Shown: positions 62,930 through 64,000 of the stretch, piece by piece | How the letters are laid out: each line of letters begins with the position of its first letter | Position numbering within the stretch: position 1 is the stretch's first letter | Made by a program: the position numbers and the translations under genes | The notes under the pieces: model-generated | Database searches by the model: none | Seen by the model: the letters and a program-made list of their open reading frames with translations, nothing else | Told to the model about the DNA's origin: nothing | NCBI GenBank assembly: GCA_034780895.1 | Contig: JAUZTB010000087.1 | Span: 64,075,261-64,139,260, forward strand | Direction: 5' to 3' | Origin: Rhynchobatus australiae | Taxonomy: Eukaryota | DNA length: 64,000 nucleotides

Positions 62930-63915
62930 GAGAAAGGAGCACAACCCACGGTTAGCAAAGAGGTAAAGGATAATGTTGAATTGAAAGTGGCAAGAGCAGA
63001 GGACTGGGAAGTTCTTAAAGATCCAGCAGCAGAACAATAAAAAAATTCATAAGGGAGCAAATGAATCTTGAGAGAAAACTTGCAAGTAGTATAAAAGCAA
63101 ACAGTAAAAAAGTTTCTATAAATAGGACAATGGCAACTAAGGTAAATATNNNNNNNNNNNNNNNNNNNNNNNNNNNNNNNNNNNNNNNNNNNNNNNNNNN
63201 NNNNNNNNNNNNNNNNNNNNNNNNNNNNNNNNNNNNNNNNNNNNNNNNNNNNNNNNNNCCTAAGGTATCAGATGAGCTAATTTCAAGTAACATTGTAGAA
63301 CTAACAAAAATTCCAATTACAAGGGTTAAAGAGTTGGGAGAAACTCAGGGGACTAAAAGCAGATAAGTTGCTAGGACCAATGGACTGCACACTAAAGTAA
63401 GTGGCTGCAGAGATAGTGGATCCATTGATTGAAATTTATCATAACTTGCTAAACTCCAGGTGGGTGCCAGAAGATTGGTGCCAGAAAACAGCCAAAGTGA
63501 CTCCCTTGTTCAAAATGGGACAGAAGGCAGGGAACGACAGGCCAGTTAATTTAACAGCTATTATTGGCAAAATGCTAGAGTCAATAATCAAAGTGGAAAT
63601 GGCTAATCATTTAAGAAAGCTGAATATAATTAAACAGAGTCAACATGGTCTTATGAAAGGCAAATCATTTTTGACAACTTTGCTCAAATTCTTTAAGGAT
63701 GTAACAGGGAGAGCTGATAGAGGAGCATCTGTAGATATAGTGCATTTTTTGTTCTCCAAAAGGCATTTGACAAGGTGTCACATAGGAAGCTGGTGCATAA
63801 ATTAAGAGTCCATGGTATCAGAGGAAGTGTGTTAGAATGGACTGAAAACTGGCTGTCTTGTGGAAAGCAAAGTTATAATAAATAGATCCTTTTCAAACTG
63901 GAAGGAGGTAACTAA
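62930..63915 (+). mobile_element. CR1-type LINE ORF2 fragment
   Basis: 'VTPLFK..GNDRPVNLT', 'QSQHGLMKGKS' and a degenerate KAFDKV motif. Confidence 0.88.
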
Positions 63916-64000
63916 GAAAGATACAAGACATAAAATATCTTTATTAGTCATATGTACATCAAAACATAGTGAGATGTTCTGGGGGCAGCCCACAAGTGTT

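Noticed and set aside
49913-64000. Promoter or non-coding first exon of the CAB39-family gene
   Set aside because: No CpG island or convincing exon is visible. It probably lies beyond the window or in a gap.
1-64000. Prokaryotic-type systems (CRISPR array, operon, defence island, prophage)
   Set aside because: The sequence is intron-rich vertebrate DNA, with no regularly spaced repeat-spacer array or dense ORF cluster.

Overview
Eukaryotic vertebrate draft-assembly DNA: AT-rich, CpG-depleted, many N gaps. The repeat content (V-domain tRNA-SINEs, CR1/HER1-type LINEs, Rex1/Babar-type LINEs, Penelope-like elements) suggests a cartilaginous fish (inference). The main feature is a complete minus-strand coding gene of the CAB39/MO25 family: 8 coding exons between 49885 and 12466, all GT-AG and phase-consistent, 339 aa. 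Its residues look more like the third paralogue (cab39l1-type) than mammalian CAB39 or CAB39L. A second gene converges on it from the + strand. Only its 3' exons are present (candidates 4599-4653, 5310-5372, 5442-6289), encoding an unrecognised protein with a CxxC/CxC motif and 11- and 15-residue coiled-coil periodicity. The rest is intron or intergenic DNA full of retroelement fossils. These include repeated minimal hammerhead-ribozyme motifs in Penelope-type termini, a decayed tRNA-Glu copy between two duplicated LINE segments, a probable solo LTR and a three-arm hairpin. There is no CRISPR array, operon or other prokaryotic system. The best novelty candidates are the + strand gene and the hammerhead-bearing inverted Penelope termini.
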